Shown here piece after piece: positions 9,770 through 18,517 of a stretch of DNA of 64,000 nt. Source of the stretch: Lentisphaerae bacterium GWF2_38_69 (GTDB taxonomy: Bacteria; Verrucomicrobiota; Lentisphaeria; Victivallales; GWF2-38-69); assembly GCA_001803205.1 (NCBI GenBank), contig MHBE01000042.1, forward strand, positions 10,262-74,261, in the 5' to 3' direction. Both the position numbers and the translations under genes were made by a program. The notes beneath the pieces were generated by a model that was not told the origin of the DNA, made no database searches, and was given only the letters and a program-made list of their open reading frames with translations. Every line of letters begins with the position of its first letter. Position 1 is the stretch's first letter.

Positions 9770-11041
9770 ATGGAAAATTTTCAGATAAAATTTGATTTGG
9801 ATAGTTTTATCAAGGTTCGCACGGGTAAAAAGATATCTACTTCCTCTTTGAGTAAGAAAGCAGATATTTCCAGAGTAACCCTATGGAGGGTGGAGAAAGG
9901 AGAAATTCAACCTAAAGAGAAACATATAAGAGCTTTAGCTAAGGCATTAAATGTTGGAGTTGAAATGATTTCCAATCTGCCTAAAGAAATTCCTCATTCT
10001 GAAAAAGATTTAAACGATGAGAAAAAATCCTTTAAGAAGTGGATTAGCTTCGAAGAAACAGATGATACTGAAAGGAAGAAATCCCATACCTCGATTATAA
10101 ATGCCTTACATGAGCATTTCAGCGAATCAACTAAAGCTGTAAAATTAATAAAAACATTGATTAACTTTTCTGATGTAATGCTTTATGTAAAAGATTATAA
10201 ACAGAAATACATGGCAGCAAGCAAAGCATTTCTTGAATTGGTTTCACTGCCTAGCGAATTATCTATATCAGGCAAAGTGGATATGGAAATATTTACCGCT
10301 GAAGAAGCTAAGAAAAATACAGAAGAAGACCAAAAAGTTATATTGAGCGGAGAAAGCATCAGAAACAGAGAAGATTACATACCAGGGAGCAGAAAAAAAA
10401 GATTTGGGCTGATTTCCAAAATACCTACTTTCGATAATGAAGGAAAACTTACTGGCCTAGTAGGTTCGTTTATGGATATAACTCATAGGAAAAAGACTGA
10501 ATTTTTGGCCAATGACCTTAAGAGATGTATTGAATTTTTGGAAAACAGAATTATTTGGCTAGGAATTGGCAAACTGACAGAGATGAAAAATAAGTCTCTA
10601 TATCCCAAAGAGATAATATACTTTTCAAATTCTCTTGTGCATATTGATTTAAGGGATAAAAATGATCCTGATTCTTATTTAAAGCAAATGGAACTAATTG
10701 ATTCTCTTAAGGAAGCTCCAATATCTTATGATATGAAAAAAGTTAAGGAAGAAGGTGTTTCAACTATTTACTACAGAATGAAAACTCCCGATATGAAGGA
10801 GATTCTAAATTGTAAATCTTCTCTATACTATATAGATAAATTTGATTTATATTTTGGGATTTCAGAACTTGATGTGATAAAAACTTATACAGATTTTTTG
10901 CTTAACGACCTTTCAGAGCTCAATCTAAATATTAAAACTTCAGAAAGGATAAATCAGATTATAACATCCTGCGAAAAAGCTATGCAGGCAAGAATTGATT
11001 ATGACAAATATATCAATATGAGGGATTCGGCACGGGATTAG
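9770..11041 (+). CDS. XRE-family HTH regulator fused to a PAS domain
   Basis: HTH LSKKADISRVTLWRVEKGEIQPKEKHIRALAKALNV. PAS-like LYVKDYKQKYMAASKAFLEL...GLISKIPTFDNEGKLTGLVGSFMDITHRKK. The ATG at 9770 is preferred over the track's TTG at 9746. Confidence 0.7.
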   Translation: MENFQIKFDLDSFIKVRTGKKISTSSLSKKADISRVTLWRVEKGEIQPKEKHIRALAKALNVGVEMISNLPKEIPHSEKDLNDEKKSFKKWISFEETDDTERKKSHTSIINALHEHFSESTKAVKLIKTLINFSDVMLYVKDYKQKYMAASKAFLELVSLPSELSISGKVDMEIFTAEEAKKNTEEDQKVILSGESIRNREDYIPGSRKKRFGLISKIPTFDNEGKLTGLVGSFMDITHRKKTEFLANDLKRCIEFLENRIIWLGIGKLTEMKNKSLYPKEIIYFSNSLVHIDLRDKNDPDSYLKQMELIDSLKEAPISYDMKKVKEEGVSTIYYRMKTPDMKEILNCKSSLYYIDKFDLYFGISELDVIKTYTDFLLNDLSELNLNIKTSERINQIITSCEKAMQARIDYDKYINMRDSARD

Positions 11042-11042
11042 G

Positions 11043-12989
11043 ATGAAAAAAATTTTATTTAGAAACAGTTTAATTACCAAAGTTCTACTCTCCTACATTA
11101 TTTGTCTTATACTCTCAGTCTCGATTGTGACTATCTACAATTTCAACACGGTAAGAGAAAAGACCATCAAGGATCTTAATGATAACGCATACTCTCAGGT
11201 AGAAAAACTTACATTTAAGTGTGATAGACTTTTTTACTGGACTGAGCAACTTTGTTATGATTTAGCCTGTATCCTTTCAGACTTGGGATCCAAACTCTCC
11301 GACAAAGATAAACAGGAATTAATGTTAGATAATCTGATATGGAATCAGACCATAAAGAATATTACCATAGCCTATTTGGAAGATAAAGATAAATCATCTG
11401 ATTTTAAAAGTGTTAAAGTGTCTCTTGATCCTAACCTTAAAATTCCACTTAACAGATTGACTTGGGAAAATTTTCCGGTTGATTGCCCTTTCGCAGTTCT
11501 TACACATGCGAATTTCTGCAAAGAAAGCTGGTTCTCTAAAGCTATAGAAAAGGAAAATCTGGATGGCAAATGGTTTGGTCAATATTTCAGCGAAAGATTA
11601 ATTACATATACATATCCATTTTATAGATACGAAGGGAAAAAGGAGATATTAAACGGTGTTATCAAGGTGGATCTTAAACTTGAGTGGTTAATAAAAATTA
11701 CCACTGAAGTGAAGGTCTATGAAGGAGGATATTGTACATTTTTATCCAGTGATGGCTATATGCTCGGGAAAAATGGAGAAATTACGAATATGTTTGAATA
11801 TGCAGATAAAACAAACAATCCTTCGATAAAAGAGACTCTAAAAAAGATTATGGTTGACGAACCTACTTTTGAAAGATATTACAATAATGCTCTTGAAGAT
11901 TGGTTTCTTATATTGACTTACCCTGCTTCTGAAGATCAGTGGTGGTTTGGGGTAGTAGTCCCAGAGGAAGAGTACTTTGAAGACATGCTTGAAAGATTGA
12001 CTAGACTTATTATAGTTGGAATTGTATGCCTTCTAATCCCGATACCTCTTATTGTATTTTTTATTTTCAGACAGACGAAGCATCTTTCTAATCTTACTAA
12101 GGCCGCCAACCAGATTGGCGGCGGCAATTTCGATGCAGAATTGCTCCCGATTACTGCTAATGATGAAATTGGAATATTGAATAATACCTTTATAAAGATG
12201 AAAGAAGATATAAAGGATTACATTGAGAATGTAAGGCTGATGACAGAGTCGAAACAGCAGGTGGAAAATGAATTAAGAATAGCCAAGAGTATCCAGAATA
12301 GCATAATCCCTCATAACTTTCCGGATGTAAATGAGTTTGAATTCAAAGCCTTTATACTGCCTGCAAAAACTGTTGGGGGCGATTTTTATGATTTCTTTTT
12401 CATAGATCAAGACCACTTTTGTTTTATGTTAGGAGATGTGTCAGGGAAAAGTATTTCAGGGGCAATTTTTATGGCCATTGCAAGGACAATGATAAGGTCT
12501 AATCTATTATCAGGTTTATCTCTAGCCAATGCTTTGAATCTTACAAACAAAAATATTTGTGCGGAAAATAGTTCAGGAATGTTTTTAACTCTTTTTATTG
12601 CTGTTTTAGATATTCGCAACGGCCAAATCCAGTTTATAAATGCAGGGCATTGCCCACCGGCTATTCGAAAGGTTAAATCCTTCATATATCTTGTTCCCGA
12701 GAAGGTGATGCCTGCCATAGGAATGATTGATTTTACATACATTGCAGGAACGCTTAGTCTTATGCATGAAGATGAACTTTTTTTATACACTGACGGTGTT
12801 ACTGAATCACAGGATATTAATCTTAACTTTTTGGGTGAAGATAAACTGCTTGAAAATCTTAACGCGAATATAGGTTGTCAGATCAATGAAACTTTGACGA
12901 AAATATATCAGACTGTCACATGTCATCAGGGAGAATCAGAGCAGAGCGATGATATATGCATGGCTATACTGAAGTACAAAGGCGTCTGA
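11043..12989 (+). CDS. Membrane sensor PP2C/SpoIIE-family serine phosphatase (extracytoplasmic Cache-like domain, HAMP, RsbU-like phosphatase)
   Basis: Two TM segments flank a domain of about 280 aa. HAMP-like LTKAANQIGGGNFDAEL. Phosphatase motifs ELRIAKSIQNSIIP, GGDFYDFF, MLGDVSGKSISGA, LYTDGVTES. Confidence 0.85.
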   Translation: MKKILFRNSLITKVLLSYIICLILSVSIVTIYNFNTVREKTIKDLNDNAYSQVEKLTFKCDRLFYWTEQLCYDLACILSDLGSKLSDKDKQELMLDNLIWNQTIKNITIAYLEDKDKSSDFKSVKVSLDPNLKIPLNRLTWENFPVDCPFAVLTHANFCKESWFSKAIEKENLDGKWFGQYFSERLITYTYPFYRYEGKKEILNGVIKVDLKLEWLIKITTEVKVYEGGYCTFLSSDGYMLGKNGEITNMFEYADKTNNPSIKETLKKIMVDEPTFERYYNNALEDWFLILTYPASEDQWWFGVVVPEEEYFEDMLERLTRLIIVGIVCLLIPIPLIVFFIFRQTKHLSNLTKAANQIGGGNFDAELLPITANDEIGILNNTFIKMKEDIKDYIENVRLMTESKQQVENELRIAKSIQNSIIPHNFPDVNEFEFKAFILPAKTVGGDFYDFFFIDQDHFCFMLGDVSGKSISGAIFMAIARTMIRSNLLSGLSLANALNLTNKNICAENSSGMFLTLFIAVLDIRNGQIQFINAGHCPPAIRKVKSFIYLVPEKVMPAIGMIDFTYIAGTLSLMHEDELFLYTDGVTESQDINLNFLGEDKLLENLNANIGCQINETLTKIYQTVTCHQGESEQSDDICMAILKYKGV

Positions 12990-13045
12990 ATTAAGATATT
13001 CGGAGTATAAGAATTTTCAGATATCATGCGTATCTTGATCTATCT

Positions 13046-13363
13046 CTATATTTCTTCAATATTAAGAACAGAGTACAAGCCGGCAAGATAGAAGATATTT
13101 TTTATTTTAGAACTTTTTTTTAAAACACATCTTAATTTTTTATTATTTACTGCCAGTTCTTTTGAGCACATTATCAAACTGCGTAAGCCGGCGCTGGAGA
13201 TGTAGTCAAGTTCAGTAAAATCCAAAATTATGTTTTTACTTGTGTCGCCGTACACCGATAAAAGCTCTTGATCGAAAGCAGCGGCATTGGAAAAATTTAT
13301 CTGTTCGGCAACCTTAACCCTTATCTCATTTCCAGTTGAAGTTATAGAGATATTAAGCAGCAT
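13046..13363 (-). CDS. STAS-domain anti-sigma-factor antagonist (SpoIIAA/RsbV-like)
   Basis: IILDFTELDYISSAGLRSLI, a typical STAS core with a conserved Ser. 105 aa. Confidence 0.8.
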   Translation of the reverse strand: MLLNISITSTGNEIRVKVAEQINFSNAAAFDQELLSVYGDTSKNIILDFTELDYISSAGLRSLIMCSKELAVNNKKLRCVLKKSSKIKNIFYLAGLYSVLNIEEI

Positions 13364-13480
13364 GAGAAGACCTATAGTTATTATTAATCTTTGTAAAATG
13401 ATTATAAAGCAAATCTATTTATGTTCAATAAACTTATTATAATCTTCACTTAATTTAGATTTCATGGCCAAGCTTTTATG

Positions 13481-14578
13481 TCAAATTTTTCTTCTTAGAA
13501 TTTCTTCCTTCAAAAGAGAAAAAGCTTCAGCTTCACTGTAAGAATTTTTAACTGTTTGACCGTTTCTAAATAGTACAAATCTGCCATCAGCTCCGGCTAT
13601 ACCGATGTCAGCGTCTCTTGCTTCTCCAGGGCCATTTACCGCACATCCCATTATAGCTATTTTGAATGGGGAGAAGCAATATCCGTCAGATTTCATAGAG
13701 GCTATCAAAGATTCTACATTTTTAGTTAAATCTATTATATCGGCAGTTGTCCTGGCGCATGTCGGGCATGAGACTATTTCAGGAGAGGGTTCCCTGTTTC
13801 CGGCAGCCTCCAGTATTGCCCGGGCAATTTTTATCTCTTCAAGCGGAGAACCTGTGACACTTACTCTAATGGTGTCTCCTATACCATTAATCAGTAGGGA
13901 ACCGATGCCGATAGAGGATTTGACACTGCTGCTGAAGAGAGTGCCAGCCTCAGTTACGCCAAGATGCAGAGGGTAATTAGTTATTGAGGCAAAATTCCTG
14001 TAAGCCAAGTATGTAGTTAAAGCATCTGACGCTTTCAAAGAAACTTTGATGTCTTTGAAATTAAATCCTTCTAGAATTTCACATTGCTTAAGAGCACTTT
14101 TAATAAGAGCATCTGCAAGAAGTTCAGCTTTCTTGAATTTGCTTGAGATATTTTTAGTTATGTGAAACTCTTTTGGCAGGCTTCCAGTATTTGCCCCTAT
14201 CCTGATGGGAATTCCTGCTTCTCCAGCGGCCTCAGCTACTGCTTTGACATTTTCTATTGCACCAATATTTCCAGGGTTGATGCGAACAGCATGTACACCG
14301 TTTTGAATAGATATTAGTGCGAGTTTATAATCAAAATGAATATCTGCCACAATAGGAAGCAGAGATTCTTGTATAATTATTTTTATGGCATTCGCCGATG
14401 CTATGTCAGGAACAGCAACTCTTGCAATCTGACAGCCTAATTTGGCAAGTTCACTAATCTGGCTGAGAGTTTCTTTGACATTTCTGGTATCAGAATTAGT
14501 CATAGACTGAATTGAAACAGGATAATCGCTGCCGATGCCGATATTTCCGATTTTGATGTTTCTGGTTTTTCGTCTCAT
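13481..14578 (-). CDS. ispG: 4-hydroxy-3-methylbut-2-en-1-yl diphosphate synthase (MEP pathway)
   Basis: RRKTRNIKIGNIGIGSDYPVSIQSMTN, RINPGNIG, and the C-terminal Cys cluster SCPTCART...GCAVNGPGE. Confidence 0.92.
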   Translation of the reverse strand: MRRKTRNIKIGNIGIGSDYPVSIQSMTNSDTRNVKETLSQISELAKLGCQIARVAVPDIASANAIKIIIQESLLPIVADIHFDYKLALISIQNGVHAVRINPGNIGAIENVKAVAEAAGEAGIPIRIGANTGSLPKEFHITKNISSKFKKAELLADALIKSALKQCEILEGFNFKDIKVSLKASDALTTYLAYRNFASITNYPLHLGVTEAGTLFSSSVKSSIGIGSLLINGIGDTIRVSVTGSPLEEIKIARAILEAAGNREPSPEIVSCPTCARTTADIIDLTKNVESLIASMKSDGYCFSPFKIAIMGCAVNGPGEARDADIGIAGADGRFVLFRNGQTVKNSYSEAEAFSLLKEEILRRKI

Positions 14579-14602
14579 ATTTTTACGGGCGATACTCCAG
14601 TG

Positions 14603-16219
14603 TTACTTCTTTGTTTCGGTTTGGGATGTTTGGCTTTTTTTAAAGAGGCTAGTGAAGTTTGTCAGTCTATTCACATCGTTGAAAGTGACGAAAAGCATTA
14701 AGGCAATAAGCAGAACTACGAAAAGAGTATACAGTGGGTTTACGATCATTTGCGGAATAGGGCGCCTTATAATTATTTCTATGAAAGACATTACGATATG
14801 TCCACCGTCAAGAACAGGGAGAGGGAGCAAATTGAGAAGAGCTAAACTGAAAGTAATTATTGTTATAATATTCAGAGCATAAAGAATTGATCCATTGTAG
14901 ACTGCCTTGCCTATGACTGTAACTATTCCCAGAGGGCCGCTCATATGTTTAGCGCTTATGGAACTGTGTTTTGAGAAAATGCCGCGCAGTGATTGATAAC
15001 TCATTTCAATAACATTCAGGAACTGTTCCCATGGTGTAAGATGGTTATAGTAGGCGATACTGAGTCCTTGAATTTCACGAGGAGTATAGAGTTCGGGAGT
15101 AATATTTAGCTCTAAGGTCTTTCCATTTCTGACAATAGTAAAGGTCGCCTGTTTACCACCTTCTTTGGTTAGGATTTCCGGGATTCTTGTATCCTTAAAA
15201 ACCAGAGTGCTGTTGACTTTTACTATAATATCACCTGGAATTATGCCTGCTTTCTGGGCAGGTGAATCAGCTCTAACTTCAGCTACTCTTAGTTCATTAG
15301 CATCGGGTTCCAGCATAACTCCGATTATATATGTCTTATAGTTTTCAATATTGCTGGATGTTAAATCTTTTAAAGTTATTATTTTGCCTTTGCGGGCTAT
15401 AGTTGCCGTAAAATCCCCTGTTTTATTGATTTCCTTAAAGAAGGTTTCCGGGTCAGCAATGGAAGTTGAGCCAATTTTTATTATCCTATCTCCTGTTTCT
15501 AAACCGTAAGAAGCTGCAGGTGAGCCTTTTTTAATATTAATGATGACAGGAATTTCAGGTTTGAAAAATGGATATGGAAGTCCTTCTTTGGCCATTCCTG
15601 CGTTATCCTGGTTTACTTCGGGCAGATAAGTGATTGAGATAAGTTTGCCGTCACGCTCAACCCCAAGATGAATCTTTCCTATGGTAAAGAGCATTTCCTG
15701 AATGACTTTTTCCCAAGAAGCATGGAATTTCTCGCTATTTATTTCAACAATTTTATCGCCCTGTCTTAATCCTGCCTTGTATTCGGGGCCGTTTTCGCTG
15801 ATGGAAGCTACTGTGAATGAGTCCATTACCGGCGAAGCAGAAGGAATTCCGTAAATCCAGAGGAAGGTTGCAAGGAAAAACCCGAATAGAACATTAAAAA
15901 ATGGACCTGCGAAAGCTACTATAATTCTATCAACAGGCTTTACTTTCGGGAGTTCTTTTTTGTTTTCATCATATGCCGGGCCTGTCACATCAAGTTGAGG
16001 AAGATCCACATAACCGCCGAAAGGCAGACAGCCTATTCTGTATTCAATCCCATTTCTTTTATAAGCCCAAATTTTTTTAAAACCGATAGAGAAAGCCACA
16101 ATGTGGAGTTTCCTCCATTTCGCGGCTAGGAAATGACCTAATTCATGGATAAATATGCAGAACCCGAAAAAAAAGAGTACAAAAAATATTACATATATAT
16201 AAAATAAAATATTCAGCAT
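14603..16219 (-). CDS. rseP: RIP metalloprotease RseP (site-2 protease, M50) with PDZ domains
   Basis: HELGHFLAA zinc motif, PDZ-like GDKIVEING/GDRIIKIG/GDIIVKVN, and C-terminal LNLLPLPVLDGGH. The ATG at 16219 with a GAGGAA RBS is preferred over the TTG at 16234. Confidence 0.92.
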   Translation of the reverse strand: MLNILFYIYVIFFVLFFFGFCIFIHELGHFLAAKWRKLHIVAFSIGFKKIWAYKRNGIEYRIGCLPFGGYVDLPQLDVTGPAYDENKKELPKVKPVDRIIVAFAGPFFNVLFGFFLATFLWIYGIPSASPVMDSFTVASISENGPEYKAGLRQGDKIVEINSEKFHASWEKVIQEMLFTIGKIHLGVERDGKLISITYLPEVNQDNAGMAKEGLPYPFFKPEIPVIINIKKGSPAASYGLETGDRIIKIGSTSIADPETFFKEINKTGDFTATIARKGKIITLKDLTSSNIENYKTYIIGVMLEPDANELRVAEVRADSPAQKAGIIPGDIIVKVNSTLVFKDTRIPEILTKEGGKQATFTIVRNGKTLELNITPELYTPREIQGLSIAYYNHLTPWEQFLNVIEMSYQSLRGIFSKHSSISAKHMSGPLGIVTVIGKAVYNGSILYALNIITIITFSLALLNLLPLPVLDGGHIVMSFIEIIIRRPIPQMIVNPLYTLFVVLLIALMLFVTFNDVNRLTNFTSLFKKSQTSQTETKK

Positions 16220-16276
16220 AATTATTCCTCTCAAGTTTTATAATACTGGCTCAATTGCCCTTAGTTTAGTTAGTAT

Positions 16277-16305
16277 TTGACAAGTATTGGCAACCAATCT
16301 AAGAT
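16277..16305 (+). promoter_or_regulatory. Sigma70-like promoter consensus with no obvious downstream gene (orphan)
   Basis: TTGACA, a 17-nt spacer, then TAAGAT, read directly. The nearest plus-strand gene starts at 16852, beyond a minus-strand gene relic. Confidence 0.25.
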
Positions 16306-16401
16306 ACGGTTATGCCAAAACTCCTACAAGAATAGCTCAAATTTAACATAAATTCCCATAAGGAAAAGCAAATCCTTCTTTTTTCTTAATTTTAGTTCTA
16401 G

Positions 16402-16652
16402 TCAGTGATCATGCCTATGATGAATATCAGGGTAATGTTTGTGTGAATGTACTTCTTCATTATGTTCATGTATATGAGAGTGTTTTACTGTGCAGGAAAT
16501 AATTTCGAAGTGCTCGTGCTGATGATGTTCATCATTGTGACTGTGCAGGTGAATATGAGTACTTTTTGTATGGGCATGACCTTGCTTAACGGTGTCGCGA
16601 TTCCAAAGAGCAGGCCGGCAAGCATACCTATAACAATTGAGAATATCTGCAA
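16402..16652 (-). pseudogene. Collapsed relic of a DMT/EamA-type transporter with a His-rich tail
   Basis: A GAGGA RBS plus TTG gives MQIFSIVIGMLAGLLFGIATPLSKV (EamA-like N-terminus). A different frame then encodes HAHTKSTHIHLHSHNDEHHQHEH...HSHKHYPDIHHRHDH*. The roughly 250-aa membrane core between the two pieces is missing. Confidence 0.45.
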
Positions 16653-16851
16653 ATCAGTTCCTCAAATTTGAGTTATTTATTAAATTGTTTTCTTAAAAAC
16701 AGATAATTCTGGCAGATAAATATTTTATATTGACATGAAAATAGAAGAAACCGTTAATGGACTTAATCATTTTTTAGGAAATATTGTAAAATATTTACAA
16801 GTAAATTAAATGCTGAAAGCAAAACTTACATAAAAAAGGAGATGCTACGAT

Positions 16852-17820
16852 ATGATTGAATCTATTTTGACTCTTGGGCCGGCGAGTTCAGACGAAGACA
16901 CGATTATATCTCTCTTGGAAGTGGCAGGACGCTTCAGGCTTAATACATCTCATATGAGCTGCGGAGAGATAGCATTATGGCTTAAGAAACTTGAAAGGCT
17001 TTTTGCAGAAAGATCCAGAAAGATAGATGTAGTAATGGATCTTCAAGGGTCGAAGATGAGAATAGGTGAAATCAAGAGTTTCGATACATTTCCAGAGAAA
17101 ATATGCTTTTTTTATGGAGTTTCATCAGATAAAGCCGATATGATTCCAGTTCCTCACACAGAGTTTTTTTCAGCGGTCAAAAAAGGTGATCATCTTAGTC
17201 TGAACGACAATAGGATTATTGTAGAAGTTACAGGAATATCCAAAGACGAGGTAACCTGCAGAGTAATAAGAAATGGAAAGCTTTCTTCGCGAAAAGGGAT
17301 AAACAGATCAAACCATCCTATTCCGTTTGAAAAGTTATCGTCCAAAGACGAAGAGATAATAAAAATATCTATGATGTTCGATTTTACACAGTTTGCTTTT
17401 TCGTTTGTTTTTGACGGAAATGAATCAGAAAAGATTAGACCTCTGGCAAAGGATAGAAAAATCATTGCCAAAATTGAAAGACCTGAGGCGATGGCAAACT
17501 TGAAAAAGATTGATCGACTGTTCGATGAAATGTGGCTATGCCGTGGTGATCTTGGAGCACAGGCTGGAATATTTCAACTAGGAAGATTGCAGGAAGAGTT
17601 TTCATCTCAGTTAAAAGAATTTAAAAAACCTTGTATCTTGGCAGGGCAGGTGCTCGAACATATGACAAATTTTCACGAACCAACAAGAAGTGAAGTAGTT
17701 CATTTGTACGATATAGAAAAAAGAGGCTACAAAGGATTTGTCCTTTCTGATGAAACCGCCGTAGGAAAAAATCCCCTGTCTATTGCAGTTTTTTTAAAAG
17801 AATATAATTCTCTGAGATAG
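16852..17820 (+). CDS. Pyruvate-kinase-family protein, barrel (A/B) domains only, lacking the C-terminal regulatory domain
   Basis: LGPAS, RLNTSH, DLQGSKMRIG, AKIERPEA, CRGDLG, PTRSEV and LSDETAVGKNP align by eye with PK active-site motifs. It is 322 aa versus about 470 aa for canonical PK. Good RBS (AAGGAG). Confidence 0.7.
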   Translation: MIESILTLGPASSDEDTIISLLEVAGRFRLNTSHMSCGEIALWLKKLERLFAERSRKIDVVMDLQGSKMRIGEIKSFDTFPEKICFFYGVSSDKADMIPVPHTEFFSAVKKGDHLSLNDNRIIVEVTGISKDEVTCRVIRNGKLSSRKGINRSNHPIPFEKLSSKDEEIIKISMMFDFTQFAFSFVFDGNESEKIRPLAKDRKIIAKIERPEAMANLKKIDRLFDEMWLCRGDLGAQAGIFQLGRLQEEFSSQLKEFKKPCILAGQVLEHMTNFHEPTRSEVVHLYDIEKRGYKGFVLSDETAVGKNPLSIAVFLKEYNSLR

Positions 17821-17826
17821 CGCGAT

Positions 17827-18123
17827 CTATTGTTTTCCTGAATCAGTATTTGGGATGAATTTATATACAGTTTCCTGCTCTTTGCATAGATTGAATTTTT
17901 CTCTGGCTATTCTTTCGACCTCTTCAGTTTTTGAAGTGATATTGCTTAAAGTCTGGCGCAGTTTTATATATTCAAGCTGTTTATCTATGAGCTTTTGTTT
18001 GGTTTCTATTTTTTGATGGACAAGATTCCTGTTTTTATGATAAGCAGGAAAAACGAGCACTGCTGACGCAACAATGATAGAAGCAAGAAGAGCTACAAAA
18101 AAGATCTGCAGAAAGCGATTCAT
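17827..18123 (-). CDS. ftsB: Septum formation initiator (FtsB/DivIC family)
   Basis: N-terminal TM segment, coiled coil, and IAREKFNLCKEQETVYKF, typical of FtsB. Confidence 0.75.
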   Translation of the reverse strand: MNRFLQIFFVALLASIIVASAVLVFPAYHKNRNLVHQKIETKQKLIDKQLEYIKLRQTLSNITSKTEEVERIAREKFNLCKEQETVYKFIPNTDSGKQ

Positions 18124-18163
18124 TTTATAGCTCCTGGTAGAATGGCATAATTTAATTCAGCCG

Positions 18164-18439
18164 TTATCTATACTTTTTGTCATCCTCATCGTCATCGTCG
18201 TAATCCTCTTCTTCATCGTCATATTTCTCATCATCGTCATCGTCTTCATCATAATCGTCATCAACATCATCGCCGTAGTCATCATAATCGTCTAAGCCGT
18301 CCTGATCATCGTCATAATCATCTGTGTAAGCAGCATCTGTAGAGATAGCTGAACCACATTCCGGGCAACAGCCCTCTTCTGCTTCAACTTGTGAGAGTTT
18401 AACCTCTGAGTCACAATAAGGGCATACGAGTATTTCCAT
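18164..18439 (-). CDS. Four-Cys zinc-ribbon protein with an extreme poly-acidic D/E/Y tail
   Basis: CPYC...CPEC, followed by a tail in which I count 36 D/E and 7 Y among the last 53 residues. Lies between rho and ftsB on the same strand. Confidence 0.6.
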   Translation of the reverse strand: MEILVCPYCDSEVKLSQVEAEEGCCPECGSAISTDAAYTDDYDDDQDGLDDYDDYGDDVDDDYDEDDDDDEKYDDEEEDYDDDDEDDKKYR

Positions 18440-18517
18440 TAATTTCTCTCCTTAGATAATATTAAGAATAAGCCTTTTTGAGTTCAAATATTACTTTTTT
18501 GAAAGATACTGACGCAA

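Noticed and set aside
13605-13976. Long antisense or alternative-frame ORFs inside confirmed genes. Examples: 13605-13976, 12407-12790, 33882-34370, 37332-37913, 38094-38552, 40877-41350, 50665-51069, 55034-55489.
   Set aside because: Each overlaps a gene with strong family-level motifs on the other strand or in another frame, and none shows a recognisable motif or RBS. They are typical shadow ORFs in compositionally biased sequence.
16447-16671. The 74-aa plus-strand ORF as a small membrane protein.
   Set aside because: It is the antisense reading of the His-rich (CAT/CAC-rich) tail of the minus-strand transporter relic. It has no RBS and an implausible composition.
18164-18439. Dismissing the poly-acidic ORF as an artefact of GAT/GAC low-complexity sequence.
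   Set aside because: I kept it as a feature. It begins with a well-formed four-Cys zinc ribbon, fills the rho-ftsB gap on the correct strand and has an ATG start. Confidence remains moderate.
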